Both the position numbers and the translations under genes were made by a program. A stretch of DNA of 64,000 bases from an uncultured Thermodesulfobacteriota bacterium (GTDB taxonomy: Bacteria > Desulfobacterota > Desulfarculia > G963662305), in assembly GCA_964634465.1 (NCBI GenBank), contig CAZWLY010000019.1, forward strand, positions 71 to 64,070, in the 5' to 3' direction. Positions 18,834 to 28,288 of this stretch are shown here, in pieces; position 1 is the first letter of the stretch, and the number at the start of each line of letters is the position of its first letter. The notes below the pieces were generated by a model that searched no databases, was not told where the DNA came from, and was given only the letters and a program-made list of their open reading frames with translations.

Positions 18834-19304
18834 TCAATACCCCGCCTGCTTGCCGGTCAGCTCGTCGATCTCGACCTCGATGACGGCCAGCCGATCGACG
18901 TTCTCCTCGGCGAAGTCATAGCCTTGCTCGCCGTAGTGGGCCATGAGGGCTTTAAGCCCCCGCCGCTTGGCCTCCGGGTCCGTCAGGACCCTGGCCCGTC
19001 CGAAGCCGATGACCGACCGGTACTTGAAGCCCCACTCGCAGGCCCGATCGGCCGGGGTCAGCTCGTGATCCAGGTCGAAGACGAAGGACACCTTGGGGTT
19101 GGCCCTGATCGTCTCGATCTTGCGGCCCTCCCTGGCCGAGTGGAAGTAGAGGCGGCCGTCTTGGTAGCCGAAGTTGAGCGTGACCACGTAAGGCTGATCG
19201 TCGAGACACATGGCTAGGCGGCAGACCGAAGAGCGGCGGATGATGTCTTCGATCAGCTTGGGGTCGGTTATCTCTCGGTCCTTGCGCCTTACGGGTCGGC
19301 TCAT
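18834..19304 (-). CDS. Pyridoxamine 5'-phosphate oxidase-like flavin-binding protein (NimA-like)
   Basis: RRKDREI, PYVVTLNFGY, LYFHSA.EGRK, YRSVIGFG. Confidence 0.88.
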   Translation of the reverse strand: MSRPVRRKDREITDPKLIEDIIRRSSVCRLAMCLDDQPYVVTLNFGYQDGRLYFHSAREGRKIETIRANPKVSFVFDLDHELTPADRACEWGFKYRSVIGFGRARVLTDPEAKRRGLKALMAHYGEQGYDFAEENVDRLAVIEVEIDELTGKQAGY

Positions 19305-19316
19305 ACGGTTTACCTC

Positions 19317-19712
19317 TCAGTCGGACTCAAGCACCGTGTGGCCGGCCGAGCTCAACACGGCCGCAGCCTTGTCGAAAAGCCGGTCTTTGACCAGAAGGTA
19401 GTCGGTATCGTAAGTCGATAGGGCGAACAGGCTCACCTCGGCCTCGGCCAAGGGGCCGGCCAAGGCGGCCAGGACGCCGGTCAGAGCGAAATCCAGCCGG
19501 CCGGCCACCCTGAAGCACCGCCAGCCGCCCTCGTAAGCCACGCCCCGGGGCACGGCCGCCTCGTCGCAGACGAGGGACAGCTCGTCGGCGGTCCTGGTGA
19601 TGGAGTAGAAATCGCCGCTCAGCGCCCAGCGGGGAATCTCGGCCCGGGGATCGAGGCGACAGACGGCCAGGGTCTGGGGAAGCGGAACGAGAGTCAGCAG
19701 CGGAAAAGCCAT
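19317..19712 (-). CDS. ACT-domain protein (CASTOR/ACT_7-like)
   Basis: SITRTADELSLVC, LDFALTGVLA, FALSTYDTDYLLVK. Confidence 0.88.
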   Translation of the reverse strand: MAFPLLTLVPLPQTLAVCRLDPRAEIPRWALSGDFYSITRTADELSLVCDEAAVPRGVAYEGGWRCFRVAGRLDFALTGVLAALAGPLAEAEVSLFALSTYDTDYLLVKDRLFDKAAAVLSSAGHTVLESD

Positions 19713-19911
19713 GGCCGTGTCCTTTTTGTCATCTCCTCGCCAAACCGCTTTCCCGGCCGGGCCGCGCGGCGGGGCCGTCTTTCCGGCCGGCGAGACGATC
19801 GGCCCAAAACGAGATTTGCCGCTCCGAGCGCAGCGGGAGTCCTGACAGGGTCGGCTCGATCGATCGACCCGATAGCGGCGCGGGGCGAATTCCAGGAGCT
19901 GGAACGGACGA

Positions 19912-20655
19912 TCACTCCCAAACCTTGAGCTTGTCCCAAACCTTCTGGTACCAGGCCCGCTCCTCTTCGGGGTCCTTGGGGGCCGGGGCCGGGTCGGGAA
20001 CCTTGACCTTGGGCGACTTCTTGCCTTCCAGAAGGGGCCGGGTGTTGATCAGCTCGGCCTCGATGACCTTATTGTAGCCGACGTCGGGGTATTTGGCCGC
20101 CGCCTCGAAGCGGCCGACGGCCGCCTTGTAGGACTTGGCCTTGCGGTAGAAGCGGCCGACGTAGAGCTCGTGCTCGATCAGCTTGCGGTAGGTCCTAAAG
20201 AGATACGCCTTGGCCTCCTTGGCCTCCTTGGAGTTGGGGAAGCGTCGCTTCAGCCGCTTGAAAGCCTTGACCGCCTCCTCGGCCTCCTCCATGTCCCGGT
20301 CCACAGAAGGGATGAGGTAGTAGTGGCACTGGCCGATTCTGAGCAGGACGTGGGCCATGTCCTTGTGGGTCGGGTGGAGTTCCTCAAAGGTCTCGTAGGC
20401 GGCCAGGGACTCGATGTACTGGCGGCTCAGATAGAGCGCCTCGGCGGCTCTGAGCTGGGCGAAGGTCGATTTGGGGTGATAGGGGTAGTAGTCCCGGACC
20501 TGGCCGTAGTACTTGGCCGCCTTGGCGAACTTGCCCTGGGCCCAGGCCCAGCCTCCTTCGGCCAGGAGCGTGTCGGCCGGTTTGATATCGACCTTGCCGG
20601 AGGCGCAGCCGAACAAGAAAAGGGCCAGGCAGACGAGCAGGAGGCGTTTGAGCAT
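19912..20655 (-). CDS. bamD: Outer membrane protein assembly factor BamD (lipoprotein)
   Basis: Lipobox LFGC, TPRs, DRD..A...F..L...FPNS, HELYVGRFY; ATG at 20655. Confidence 0.88.
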   Translation of the reverse strand: MLKRLLLVCLALFLFGCASGKVDIKPADTLLAEGGWAWAQGKFAKAAKYYGQVRDYYPYHPKSTFAQLRAAEALYLSRQYIESLAAYETFEELHPTHKDMAHVLLRIGQCHYYLIPSVDRDMEEAEEAVKAFKRLKRRFPNSKEAKEAKAYLFRTYRKLIEHELYVGRFYRKAKSYKAAVGRFEAAAKYPDVGYNKVIEAELINTRPLLEGKKSPKVKVPDPAPAPKDPEEERAWYQKVWDKLKVWE

Positions 20656-21584
20656 CACTCGAGACTTTCGATGTAGCGCTCGGCCGAGTAGGCGGCCGTG
20701 GCGCCGTCGCCCACGGCGGTCGAGATCTGGCGAAGTTGCTTGGCCCGGCAGTCGCCGGCGGCGTAGATGCCCGGCACCGAGGTGGCCATCTCGCTGTCGG
20801 TGATGATGAAGCCCCGCTCGTCCATGTCCACCACACCCTTGGCAAAGCCGGTGTTGGGCTGGGTGCCGACGAAGATGAACACCCCGTCCACCGGAATCAT
20901 CTTGACCTCGTCGGTCTTGACGTTCCTGATCCGCACCCCGTCCACCCGGTCGTGGCCCTCGATCATCTCCACCACCGAGTCCCAGACCGTGGTGATCTTT
21001 TCGTTGTTGAGCACCCGTTCCTGAAGGATTTTCTGGGCCCGGAGTCGATCGCGGCGGTGGATGAGAATGACCTCCCGGGCGAAGCGGGTCAAGAAGACGG
21101 CCTCCTCGCAGGCGGTGTCGCCGCCGCCGATGGAGGCGACCACCTGGTCCTGGTAGAACGGCCCGTCGCAGGTGCCGCAATACGATACGCCGTGGCCGGT
21201 GAGCTGCATCTCGCCATCCACACCCAGGCGCCTCGGGTCGGCCCCGGTGGTGATGATGACCGCCTTGGCGGTCAGAACCCGGTCGCCGTCCAATTCGATG
21301 GTGACGTATCCCTGGTGGGGCTCCAGGCTCAAGACCTCGGCCGAGATGTTCGGTAGGTCGAACTTATCGACCTGGGCCTTCATCTTTTCCATCAAAGCGA
21401 ACCCGGCCACGCCGTCGGGATAGCCGGGGTAGTTGTCCACCCAGTCGGTGTTCAAAACCTGCCCGCCGGGCACGAAGCGCTCGACGAGCAAGGTATCCAG
21501 CCGGGAACGAGCGGCATAAAGACCGGCGGTCAGTCCAGCCGGACCGCCGCCGATTATGATCAGATCATGGTCGGTAGCTGGCAT
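20655..21584 (-). CDS. trxB: Thioredoxin-disulfide reductase
   Basis: GGGPAGL, GVSYCGTCDG, GGGDTACEEA, GIYAAGD. Confidence 0.96.
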   Translation of the reverse strand: MPATDHDLIIIGGGPAGLTAGLYAARSRLDTLLVERFVPGGQVLNTDWVDNYPGYPDGVAGFALMEKMKAQVDKFDLPNISAEVLSLEPHQGYVTIELDGDRVLTAKAVIITTGADPRRLGVDGEMQLTGHGVSYCGTCDGPFYQDQVVASIGGGDTACEEAVFLTRFAREVILIHRRDRLRAQKILQERVLNNEKITTVWDSVVEMIEGHDRVDGVRIRNVKTDEVKMIPVDGVFIFVGTQPNTGFAKGVVDMDERGFIITDSEMATSVPGIYAAGDCRAKQLRQISTAVGDGATAAYSAERYIESLE

Positions 21585-21623
21585 GGTTTTCCGCCTGGCA
21601 GGCGGCGGCGCAGAAGCCGAGAG

Positions 21624-21950
21624 CTACAGGAGCTTGTCCAGCGCCGCCGCGATGTGGGATTTGGAAACCGCGCCAGTGATCTGCTCGGCCACCGCGCCGT
21701 CCTTGAAGACGATCAGCGTCGGGATGGCCCGGATACCATACTGGCCCGGCGTCTTGGGATTTTCATCGACGTTGAGCTTGGCCACCTTGACCTTGCCTTC
21801 GTAATCGGAAGCCAACTCCTCGACAACCGGGGCGATGGCACGGCAGGGTCCACACCAAGCAGCCCAGAAGTCGACCAGCACCGGCATGTCGGACTTCAGG
21901 ACTTCGCTCTCAAAGAGATCGTCGGTAACCTGGAGTACGTTCTCGGCCAT
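21624..21950 (-). CDS. trxA: Thioredoxin
   Basis: DFWAAWCGPC, IRAIPTL. Confidence 0.96.
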   Translation of the reverse strand: MAENVLQVTDDLFESEVLKSDMPVLVDFWAAWCGPCRAIAPVVEELASDYEGKVKVAKLNVDENPKTPGQYGIRAIPTLIVFKDGAVAEQITGAVSKSHIAAALDKLL

Positions 21951-22140
21951 ACCTAAACCTCCCGATCGTCTCGAAGCCAAGAGTGTCTACGGAACTATAA
22001 ATTTACTTGGCTTCTCGAATCTTGTCAACCATTTCCGCCGCCCTCCAGGCAACTTGCCAACGCCGGGGGGCAGGTGTAAAATGTTTCGTCATTGAATGAA
22101 GTTAAAGAAAAACGAAACCTTATTGAAGGAACTCGCCGTG

Positions 22141-22515
22141 ATGAAATTCCACTCCGAACACTGCTGGGTCGAGACGGAAAGCGATCGGGCCCGAATCGGC
22201 ATCTCTAACTTCGCCAAGGACGAGCTGGGCGAAATCATCTACGTCGATCTGCCCCAGGTCGGCGACAGGCTGACCCAGGGCGAGCAGTACGCCGAGGTCG
22301 AATCGACCAAAACCACCTCGGACGTCATCGCCCCTGTGAGCGGCCGGGTCGTCGAGGTCAACTCGGGCTTGGAAGACGACATCTCTCCCTTGAACGAATC
22401 ACCCCAGGGGGCGGGCTGGCTGTGCCGGGTCGTCCTCGACAACCCGGCCGAGCTGGACGGCCTGATGGACGAGGCGGCCTACCTCGAATCGGTCGGGACG
22501 GCCGAAGAGGGTTGA
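22141..22515 (+). CDS. gcvH: Glycine cleavage system H protein (lipoyl carrier)
   Basis: GISNFAKDELGEIIYVDLP, EVESTKTTSDVIAPVSGRVVEVN (lipoyl Lys present), NESPQGAGW. Confidence 0.9.
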   Translation: MKFHSEHCWVETESDRARIGISNFAKDELGEIIYVDLPQVGDRLTQGEQYAEVESTKTTSDVIAPVSGRVVEVNSGLEDDISPLNESPQGAGWLCRVVLDNPAELDGLMDEAAYLESVGTAEEG

Positions 22516-22516
22516 T

Positions 22517-23347
22517 TTGACCGCCGCCGAGACAAGGGCCGCCGGGCCCCTGGCCGGCTTCCTCATCGAAGAGGAGCCCTTCTATCTGGATCAGGGCGGC
22601 GAGACCGAGGCCTTCCTGGCCGCCGTCGCGGCCCGGCTGCCGGTGATGCTCAAAGGCCCGACCGGCTGCGGCAAGACCCGCTTCTTGACCGCCATGGCCC
22701 ACCGCCTGAAAAGGCCGCTGATAACCGTCGCCTGTCACGAGGACCTGACCGCGCCCGATCTGGTCGGCCGGTGGCTGTTCAAGGAGGGCCAGACCGAGTG
22801 GTCCGACGGACCGCTGACCTTGGCCGTCAGGTACGGCGCCATCTGTTATCTCGACGAGATCGTCGAGGCCCGCCGGGACTCGCTGTCCATCCTCCATCCC
22901 TTGACCGACGATCGGCGGCTGCTGGTCATCGAGCGGCTGGGGCAGGTGATCAAGGCCGACCCCGATTTTCTGCTGGTGGTCTCCTACAACCCCGGCTACC
23001 AATCGGTCCTCAAGGACCTCAAGGTCTCCACCGCCCAGCGCTTCGTCGCCCTGGATTTCGATTACCCCCCGCTTGAAGCCGAGCGGGAGATCATCGTCAA
23101 CGAGGCCGGGGCGGACGAGGCTCTGGCCGGCCGCCTGGTCCGGGCCGGGACGGCGATAAGAAGGCTCAAGGAGGTCGGCCTGGCCGAAGGGGCCTCGACC
23201 CGCCTTTTGATCTACGCCGCCCAGTTGATCGCCCAGGGCTTGAGCCCGGCCAGGGCGGTCCGCTTGAGCTTGCTCAATCCGCTGACCGACGACGAGGACC
23301 TGCGCCGGGCCATCGACGGCGTGCTGAGCGACTTCTTTCCGGAGTAG
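22517..23347 (+). CDS. CbbQ/NirQ/NorQ-family MoxR AAA+ ATPase
   Basis: LKGPTGCGKTRF, ACHEDLT..DLVGR, YLDEIVEAR, SYNPGYQS..KDLK.ST.QRF, STRLLIYA. Confidence 0.92.
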   Translation: MTAAETRAAGPLAGFLIEEEPFYLDQGGETEAFLAAVAARLPVMLKGPTGCGKTRFLTAMAHRLKRPLITVACHEDLTAPDLVGRWLFKEGQTEWSDGPLTLAVRYGAICYLDEIVEARRDSLSILHPLTDDRRLLVIERLGQVIKADPDFLLVVSYNPGYQSVLKDLKVSTAQRFVALDFDYPPLEAEREIIVNEAGADEALAGRLVRAGTAIRRLKEVGLAEGASTRLLIYAAQLIAQGLSPARAVRLSLLNPLTDDEDLRRAIDGVLSDFFPE

Positions 23348-23471
23348 GCCTCGCGCCGGGCCGACAAGACCGACCGCCTCGCCGGGCGATCTCCTTGGTC
23401 GGTCGCTGGATCCGCCGCGATTTTCAACCGCCGGCTAAAAAGCCTATTTACGCTTGGTGTATCATTACCCC

Positions 23472-25895
23472 ATGGCCCGGACCCGAAAGCCCAACCAACC
23501 CGCCGACCTGCCGCCGGAGCTTGAGGTCGAGCTCAAAGGATTGGACGCCAAGACGGCCGAGTTGCTGTGCCGTCCCCTGGCCGGCGACCCCCAGGCGGCC
23601 GAGACCATCCGAACCGGCCTGAGCCTGATCCGGGACATCGAGCTGGCCGAGTGCCATCTGGCCTTCGGCCTGCTCGATGAACTGCCGCCCGGACCGCTTC
23701 GGGCCTGGTGGCTGAGAGCCGTCTACGACCTGCCCGGCTGGACCGCGCCGTTGGGCCGGACGGTGAGCACCTGTCTGTCGTCGAAAAGGGAGGGCCGGGA
23801 GGTCGCTCTGGAGCTGATCAAGAAGTCCTCGGCGATCTTGAGAGCCATGGATCGGTCCACCGGACGGGCGCTGTTGGAGTTGACCGCCGAGTTGGCCCGG
23901 GCGGAGCCGATAGCCGGGCTGAACCTCTTTCTGTCGGCCCAGGAGTTGCTCGGCTCGATCCCGCCCCGGCATCGAGCCGGCGTGCTCAAAGCCGGCCTCA
24001 AGCTGATCCCGAGCGCCGGCGGGACCAAAGCGGCCGTGGTTCTGGTTCGGCGGGCCGGCCAGATCATCGGCCAGGCCGGCTGGATCGGCTTCGGCCGCTG
24101 GTTCAGGGCCGGCCTCGAACAACCGCCCGAAGCCAGAGAGGCCTACTACGATCTGGCCTCGCCCGCCTCGCTCAGGGCCCTGGACGCGGCCGCCGGCGGG
24201 ATCGGCCTCGTCGCGGCGGCCGAGGTGCTTCGCCTCTACGGCCGGGCGGTGACCGGTCGGCCGGTGAACGTCCGACCGTTGAGCCGGAAGCCGGAGGCGA
24301 TGCTGATCTCGCCGCTGGCTCTGGGCGGCCGACTGGACGACACCGCCTACCTTCCCGAGCGGGAGCACGGCCGCCGCCCCCTGGCCGTCTTCCGGGCCCG
24401 ACTGGCGGTGCTCTTGACCGCCGAGGTGAATCGCTGGGATTTCCTGCTCTCCTTCGACGATCCCTGGCTGGCCGCCGACCTGTGGGCCTTGGCCGCCGAG
24501 GCCAGGGCGGCCAAGGAGTTGGCCGCCCGCCGCCCCGGTCTGGCCGGAGCGCTCCGGGAACTCAATCGCCTTCGCCGAAAAAGCCAACCGGCCGAAGGAG
24601 TGTTACTCCACCCGGCGCTTCGGGCGGCGGCCTTGAGACTGTGGGGCGGGCGGCCAAGGACCGAGGACGCCGAAGTGAACCGGCTGGCCAGGGAGACGGC
24701 CGAGGCGCTCATCGGCGCGCCCGACCTTAAGGCCGGCATCCGGACCGCCTACGACCTGTTGACCGGTCCGAAGGGGCGCTCGGTCCATCCGTTCAAGGAA
24801 GAGAGGGAAAAGCCGCGGTTCAAATTCGGCAAGCTGGACCGGGAGCTGTTCGAAGCCCAAGCCGGCCTGAGCCCGGACCAATCGGTCCGGGCGGCCACCC
24901 TCCATCGCAAGAGCGGCCGGGGCGAGTTCCTGGCCTCGCTGAGCGAACTCAGCGAAAAGCTGCGCCGGGGCGAAACCGAAGACGACGAGCGGAGAGCCGG
25001 CGTATTCCTCTACCCGGAATGGGACCACCGCCTCCAGGACCACCGGCCAGACTGGGTCCGGGTGGTCGAGTCGGCCCCGTGGACCGAGGAGGACGGGCCC
25101 GGCGAGGCCTATCGACCGGCCTCTCTCTCGCCGGGCCTTATCCATCGCGTCCGCCGCCAGTTTCAGCGACTCCGACCCAAGGACCTGGAGCGACTGACCC
25201 GCCAGTTGGACGGCCAGGAGGTCGATATCCAGGCCGCCGTGGAGTGGGCGGTCGATCGCCTCAGGGGCGAGTCGGCCGAGGAGAAGGTCTACCTCTCCCG
25301 GCGACTGATAAGGCGGGAGGTGGTCTGCGGGTTGTTGATCGATCTGTCCGGCTCCACCGGCGAGCGCCTAAACGGCATCGGACCGTCGATTCTGGAGACG
25401 GCCAAGGACGGCGTCTGGCTCTTGGCCGAGGCGCTCAACTCTCTGGGCGACGACTTCGGCGTATTCGGCTTCACCGGTTCCGGTCGCCATCGAGTCGAGT
25501 TCACTATTCTGAAGGACTTCAACGAGTACTGGTCGTCCCGGACCAGAGCCAGGCTGACAACGCTGACCCCCGGCCGGCAAAACCGCGACGGCGCAGCCGT
25601 TCGCCACGCCGCCCAGCGCCTGAAAAGCCACCCGGCCCGGCGCAAGATACTGATCTTCCTCTCGGACGGCCGACCGGACGACTATGATTACTCCGGTGAG
25701 TACGCGATCATGGACACCCGGGCGGCGCTCTTGGAGACCAGACAGGCCGGGATCAAGACCTTCTGTCTGACCATCGACCGCCGGGCCAGGGACTACATCG
25801 CCCAGATGATGGGTTCGACCGGCTACTGCATCCTGGACGACGTCAGGCGGCTGCCCGAGTTTCTGCCCCGGCTCTACCGCCGCCTGGCCGGATGA
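23472..25895 (+). CDS. CbbO/NorD-like vWA adaptor protein
   Basis: YPEWD..Q, DGQEVDI.A.VE, MIDAS DLSGST, NRDGAAVRHA, LSDGRP.D..Y.G.YA..DT. Confidence 0.88.
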   Translation: MARTRKPNQPADLPPELEVELKGLDAKTAELLCRPLAGDPQAAETIRTGLSLIRDIELAECHLAFGLLDELPPGPLRAWWLRAVYDLPGWTAPLGRTVSTCLSSKREGREVALELIKKSSAILRAMDRSTGRALLELTAELARAEPIAGLNLFLSAQELLGSIPPRHRAGVLKAGLKLIPSAGGTKAAVVLVRRAGQIIGQAGWIGFGRWFRAGLEQPPEAREAYYDLASPASLRALDAAAGGIGLVAAAEVLRLYGRAVTGRPVNVRPLSRKPEAMLISPLALGGRLDDTAYLPEREHGRRPLAVFRARLAVLLTAEVNRWDFLLSFDDPWLAADLWALAAEARAAKELAARRPGLAGALRELNRLRRKSQPAEGVLLHPALRAAALRLWGGRPRTEDAEVNRLARETAEALIGAPDLKAGIRTAYDLLTGPKGRSVHPFKEEREKPRFKFGKLDRELFEAQAGLSPDQSVRAATLHRKSGRGEFLASLSELSEKLRRGETEDDERRAGVFLYPEWDHRLQDHRPDWVRVVESAPWTEEDGPGEAYRPASLSPGLIHRVRRQFQRLRPKDLERLTRQLDGQEVDIQAAVEWAVDRLRGESAEEKVYLSRRLIRREVVCGLLIDLSGSTGERLNGIGPSILETAKDGVWLLAEALNSLGDDFGVFGFTGSGRHRVEFTILKDFNEYWSSRTRARLTTLTPGRQNRDGAAVRHAAQRLKSHPARRKILIFLSDGRPDDYDYSGEYAIMDTRAALLETRQAGIKTFCLTIDRRARDYIAQMMGSTGYCILDDVRRLPEFLPRLYRRLAG

Positions 25896-25909
25896 GGTAG
25901 GATCGTCGT

Positions 25910-26233
25910 ATGGCCGACTACGAGGAGACCAAGACCGTTCTCGAAGCCCGACTGGAGGAACTCAAGGACTGGCTTTACGAATTGGACCGGGCGATAATCG
26001 ACCGGGTCGGGCTGACCGGCAAGCCCTCGCCCGAGGAGAAGAAGGCTCGCTCGGCCGTGGTCAAAGAGATAAACAAGACCCGGCGCGAAATCTACAAACT
26101 CATAAAGGGAAAGGGCTCTCCAAAGAAAATCACCCTGACCCTAACCGCCGAGGAGTACCGGCGGCTCGAGCAAGAGGCCGTGGCCGAGGGAGTGGGGGTC
26201 AGGCGATGGATCAAGAGAAAGCTTTTCGATTGA
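25910..26233 (+). CDS. Hypothetical protein: coiled-coil N-terminus, possible ribbon-helix-helix C-terminus
   Basis: Open 107-aa frame with RBS; KITLTLTAEEYRRLEQEA..EGVGVRRWIK. Confidence 0.65.
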   Translation: MADYEETKTVLEARLEELKDWLYELDRAIIDRVGLTGKPSPEEKKARSAVVKEINKTRREIYKLIKGKGSPKKITLTLTAEEYRRLEQEAVAEGVGVRRWIKRKLFD

Positions 26234-26317
26234 GGGCCGTCCCGTTTCTTGAACCCCCGAAGGGTTTCATTCCCCGTAACTTGCGCCTAAAAAAACCATC
26301 CCATACCTGCTACCGAT

Positions 26318-26339
26318 ACCCCGCCCCTTGCGGCGGGGT
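26318..26339. repeat. GC-rich palindrome resembling REP or IS200/IS605 end hairpins
   Basis: ACCCCGCC-CCTTGC-GGCGGGGT in a convergent intergenic region. Confidence 0.45.
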
Positions 26340-26458
26340 CAGTCGTTATCGACCTCGGTCGACCAGACGCACTACCCTCCATCAAAAGCCATAAGATCGA
26401 GCCGCGCTTCGATCCTGTTCGCCGCCAAGCGAGGCGGTCGACTCAAGAAAGGCGGCTC

Positions 26459-26884
26459 CTATCCCTCCAGGAAGGGCAACGGCGAGCCTTTGCGATAGAC
26501 CAGGGCGTTGCAGGCGGCAATCAGCCGGCCCTCGTCGTCATGGACCTTAATGTCGTAGTTGGCCGTCTTTCGACTCCGGCTGAACTCCTTGGCCTCGGCG
26601 ATCAGCCGCCGGCCGGGCTCCGGCGGCGCGACGTAGCTGACGGTCATGTTCAAAGCGACGGCCATTACGCCGTGGGAATTGGAAGCGGTCTCAAAGGCCT
26701 CGTCGATCAAGGCGAAGAGCGCTCCGCCGTGAGCCAAGCCGAACATGTTCTCCATGTCCGGAGTGAAGACCATCTCCACCCTGGAGTAACCGTCATCGAG
26801 CTCGACGAGCTTCAAATCAAACTTTCGAGCGAACGGCTCTTGAGCCACCCGGTCGAAGATCGCCTGCTTGACCTTTTCGTCCAT
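26459..26884 (-). CDS. PaaI-family hotdog-fold thioesterase
   Basis: ENMFGLAHGGALFALIDEAF. Confidence 0.9.
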   Translation of the reverse strand: MDEKVKQAIFDRVAQEPFARKFDLKLVELDDGYSRVEMVFTPDMENMFGLAHGGALFALIDEAFETASNSHGVMAVALNMTVSYVAPPEPGRRLIAEAKEFSRSRKTANYDIKVHDDEGRLIAACNALVYRKGSPLPFLEG

Positions 26885-26959
26885 TCCCCGCCTCCAGTCG
26901 GAAAAGGGCGACCCTTCCGGGCCGCCCTTGATCTTTGTCGAGTCATCCGCTCGTCGGTG

Positions 26960-28075
26960 TCAGGCGACCTGCATCGGCATGATGACGGCCAGGAAGTCCT
27001 CGTCGGCCGGGCCGGATATCCTGGTCGGCCGCGACGGTTCGGTCAGGGTGAAGGTCACTTCCTCGGAGCGCATCACCTTGAGCGCATCGACCAGGTAGGA
27101 AGCGTTAAACCCCACCTCCAGTGGTTCGCCGGAGTAGACGGCCTCGACGGCCTCCTTGGCCTCGCCCAGATCCGGGTTCTGGTGGGATATCTCCATCCCC
27201 TCTTCCGAGACGGCGACTTTGATCCCGCGGTACTTATCGGTGATCATGACCGTTATCCGGCGCAGCGCCTCCAGCATCTCGGGTCGCTTGACGTTGAAGT
27301 TCAAAGCGGCGTCGTCCGGCGGAATCACCTGGCGATAATCAGGGAAGCGGGTTTCCAGCAGGCGCATGATCAGGCTGGCTTCGGCGACCTGCAGAACCGC
27401 CGAGGAGCCCTTGATTCCGATCCTGGCCTCCTCGGCCTCTTCCAGCAAGCGCCGCATCTCCAACACGCCTTTCCTGGGGATGATCGCCCCCTTGGCCAGA
27501 TCAAGGTTGGCCAGCTTGTCCAGACCCCGGTCAATGAGGCTCAAGCGGTGGCCGTCGGTGGAGACCATCCTCAGTTTGCCCTCGGCCTCCAGTTTCTCCA
27601 GGTAGACGCCGGCTAGGTTATAACGACCTTCGTCACTGGCCATGGAGTAGATGGTCTTGTCCAGCATCTCCTTGAGCTCGTCCACCGGAGCGGAGATGAG
27701 TTCGACCTGATCGTGCTGGGGCAGGGCCGGGTACTCCTCGGCCGGCAGTCCGGCCAGATGATACCTGGCCCGGCCGCCTTCGATCAGGACCCGGTGGTTG
27801 TCTTCCTCCTTGAGGAAGACCTCGTCGGCGGCCAGTTCCCGGATGATGGTGTGGAAGGTCCGAGCCGGCAGGCTGACCTCACCGGGCGCGATCACCTCGG
27901 CCGAGTAGACGCCTTTGAAACCGATCTCCAGGTCGGTGGCCAGGATCTCCACCCCGCCGTCGGCGGCCTTGAGCAGCAGGTTGGAGAGAATCTGCATGGA
28001 GGAACGCTTCTCCGAGATCGCCTGCGCCCGGCCCGTGCCCTTCAGCAACTCATCCTTCTTGATCTTGAGTTCCAT
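26960..28075 (-). CDS. dnaN: DNA polymerase III beta clamp
   Basis: ATDLEI, STDGHRL, FPDYRQVIP, GFNASYL.D, VIMPM. Confidence 0.97.
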   Translation of the reverse strand: MELKIKKDELLKGTGRAQAISEKRSSMQILSNLLLKAADGGVEILATDLEIGFKGVYSAEVIAPGEVSLPARTFHTIIRELAADEVFLKEEDNHRVLIEGGRARYHLAGLPAEEYPALPQHDQVELISAPVDELKEMLDKTIYSMASDEGRYNLAGVYLEKLEAEGKLRMVSTDGHRLSLIDRGLDKLANLDLAKGAIIPRKGVLEMRRLLEEAEEARIGIKGSSAVLQVAEASLIMRLLETRFPDYRQVIPPDDAALNFNVKRPEMLEALRRITVMITDKYRGIKVAVSEEGMEISHQNPDLGEAKEAVEAVYSGEPLEVGFNASYLVDALKVMRSEEVTFTLTEPSRPTRISGPADEDFLAVIMPMQVA

Positions 28076-28288
28076 CGGCGCTTCCTTCTAGTCTTGGTAT
28101 TCTTAATCTATATCGAAGTAATAGTCCGGTGGATAGAGTCAGCAAGTTGTAATCTTCTATCTATATCAACCGCTTATTGTCTTCACTGCCCTGAACCGAT
28201 CTGACGGCTGAACTCGGTTTGGCTGGTTGTTTACTCCTTGCTGACAGAATCCTGACAGGCGGTGTGAATAGATCGGTTGATAAACCGC
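28076..28288. other. Probable replication origin (oriC) between dnaA and dnaN
   Basis: Locally AT-rich. Minus strand CTATCCACC-GG-ACTATTACTTC matches the DnaA box + GC + DnaA-trio layout. Further box-like 9-mers at 28239, 28250, 28263 and 28275. Confidence 0.72.

Noticed and set aside
19912-21180. 422-aa ORF as a trxB-bamD fusion or extended protein
   Set aside because: The upstream part is an alternative frame over trxB; the lipoprotein signal starts at 20655.
22517-25895. Evidence for the Calvin cycle or denitrification
   Set aside because: No RubisCO, nor or nir structural genes are in the window; the AAA+/vWA pair alone is not diagnostic.
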